Positions 63,245 through 64,000 of a stretch of DNA of 64,000 nucleotides are shown piece by piece. Both the position numbers and the translations under genes were made by a program. Each line of letters begins with the position of its first letter. Position 1 is the first letter of the stretch. Under the pieces are notes generated by a model. It was not told the DNA's origin. It saw only the letters and a list, made by a program, of their open reading frames with translations, and searched no databases. The stretch comes from Nemertoderma westbladi. Lineage: Eukaryota > Animalia > Xenacoelomorpha. The stretch lies in contig JAUCBJ010001929.1 of NCBI GenBank assembly GCA_032718475.1, forward strand, positions 1 through 64,000, given 5' to 3'.

Positions 63245-64000
63245 AATACAGTATCTACTGTACATAAGCATAGATATTGTTCAATAAGGAATAAACAAAG
63301 ACTGCCGAACAGTGTAATACCAAAATACCAATGAGACATAACTTTATTATTTTATAAGCTTTTTAAGTGCCAAATAAGCTTGCTTCCGGCACCTTAACTA
63401 GCACGTTGGTACCAGGGGGGGGGGGGGGGGGGGGGGTGTAGTTTTTATATTAATTGCATGTTATAATTATTCACTAAACATTATACAACGAATATTAAAG
63501 GCTTGGGCGGGCCGCTAAACCGTGCCTTATTATTAAAAAAAAAAAAAAAAAAAAAAAAGAATTATTATAGAGTACCGGTAATACACTGAATGATGATGGT
63601 GGCAGTAGGCGGAGACAGTGATAAGAGTCCCGGTACTGCCCTAACAAACTGACTTACTAAAGTGAATGAATGATACAATAAATGGTAATATATATTGCAC
63701 TGGTTGGCCGTATTACGTTACTCAGTGGATGCCTTCCCCCCATTGGCTAATAACTCACTTCTCACCCTCCCATCTCCCTGGGAGTGCCCCCCCCCCCCCC
63801 CCGCTGCTGTCACTCTCTCCCTCCCGGAGGTGTAACCTCTGACCCCCGCTGTGTGTGTTCCCTTCGGGGTTTGTCGCCCCATTTTATTGGGGTGATACGA
63901 GGTTGATTGGTAATCAACCTCGTACTCCCAATATTGCTTAAAGCTCCTGCTTGGTCAACTTTGTGTGGGCTGGTTAGCGGAATTGAATACACTAACAGTT

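Larger units (their letters stand above)
57658..63566 (+). mobile_element. Apparently full-length CR1/L2-group LINE
   Basis: TSD ATAGAGTA (57650-57657 and 63567-63574), poly(A) at 63535-63558, two uninterrupted ORFs. Confidence 0.9.
57512..64000. mobile_element. LTR related to 37363-38580, interrupted by a LINE and running off the window
   Basis: Starts TGTGACGGGATCC. The 63575-64000 part shares CAGTGGATGC, ATTGGCTAATA and CCGCTGCT in the same order as 37713-37820. Confidence 0.65.

Overview
AT-rich animal (probably invertebrate) genomic DNA made mostly of nested transposable elements, with one host gene. That gene is an ABCC4/MRP4-like transporter (+ strand; exon 33339-33551, a 5'-truncated exon ~46497-46815 and one ~3-kb exon 47711-50763) that appears to lack most of TMD1 helices 1-3. 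The elements are: an Academ-like transposase remnant; three CR1/L2-group LINEs (one apparently full-length with an 8-bp TSD); CRE-clade, RTE and RTE-X remnants; three BEL/Pao-like LTR elements with gag (two also with protease) but no RT or integrase, two of them carrying orphan accessory ORFs; part of a fourth LTR; and several MITEs and tandem repeats. The strongest signals not shown by the ORF track are RNA-level. One is a tRNA-headed (Pol III A/B box) hammerhead-ribozyme element in inverted-plus-tandem arrangement with an 8-bp TSD (18263-19220). The other is a complete type III hammerhead inside a ~374-nt repeat unit (36759-37245). All calls were made by eye with no database searches; coordinates marked ~ are approximate.
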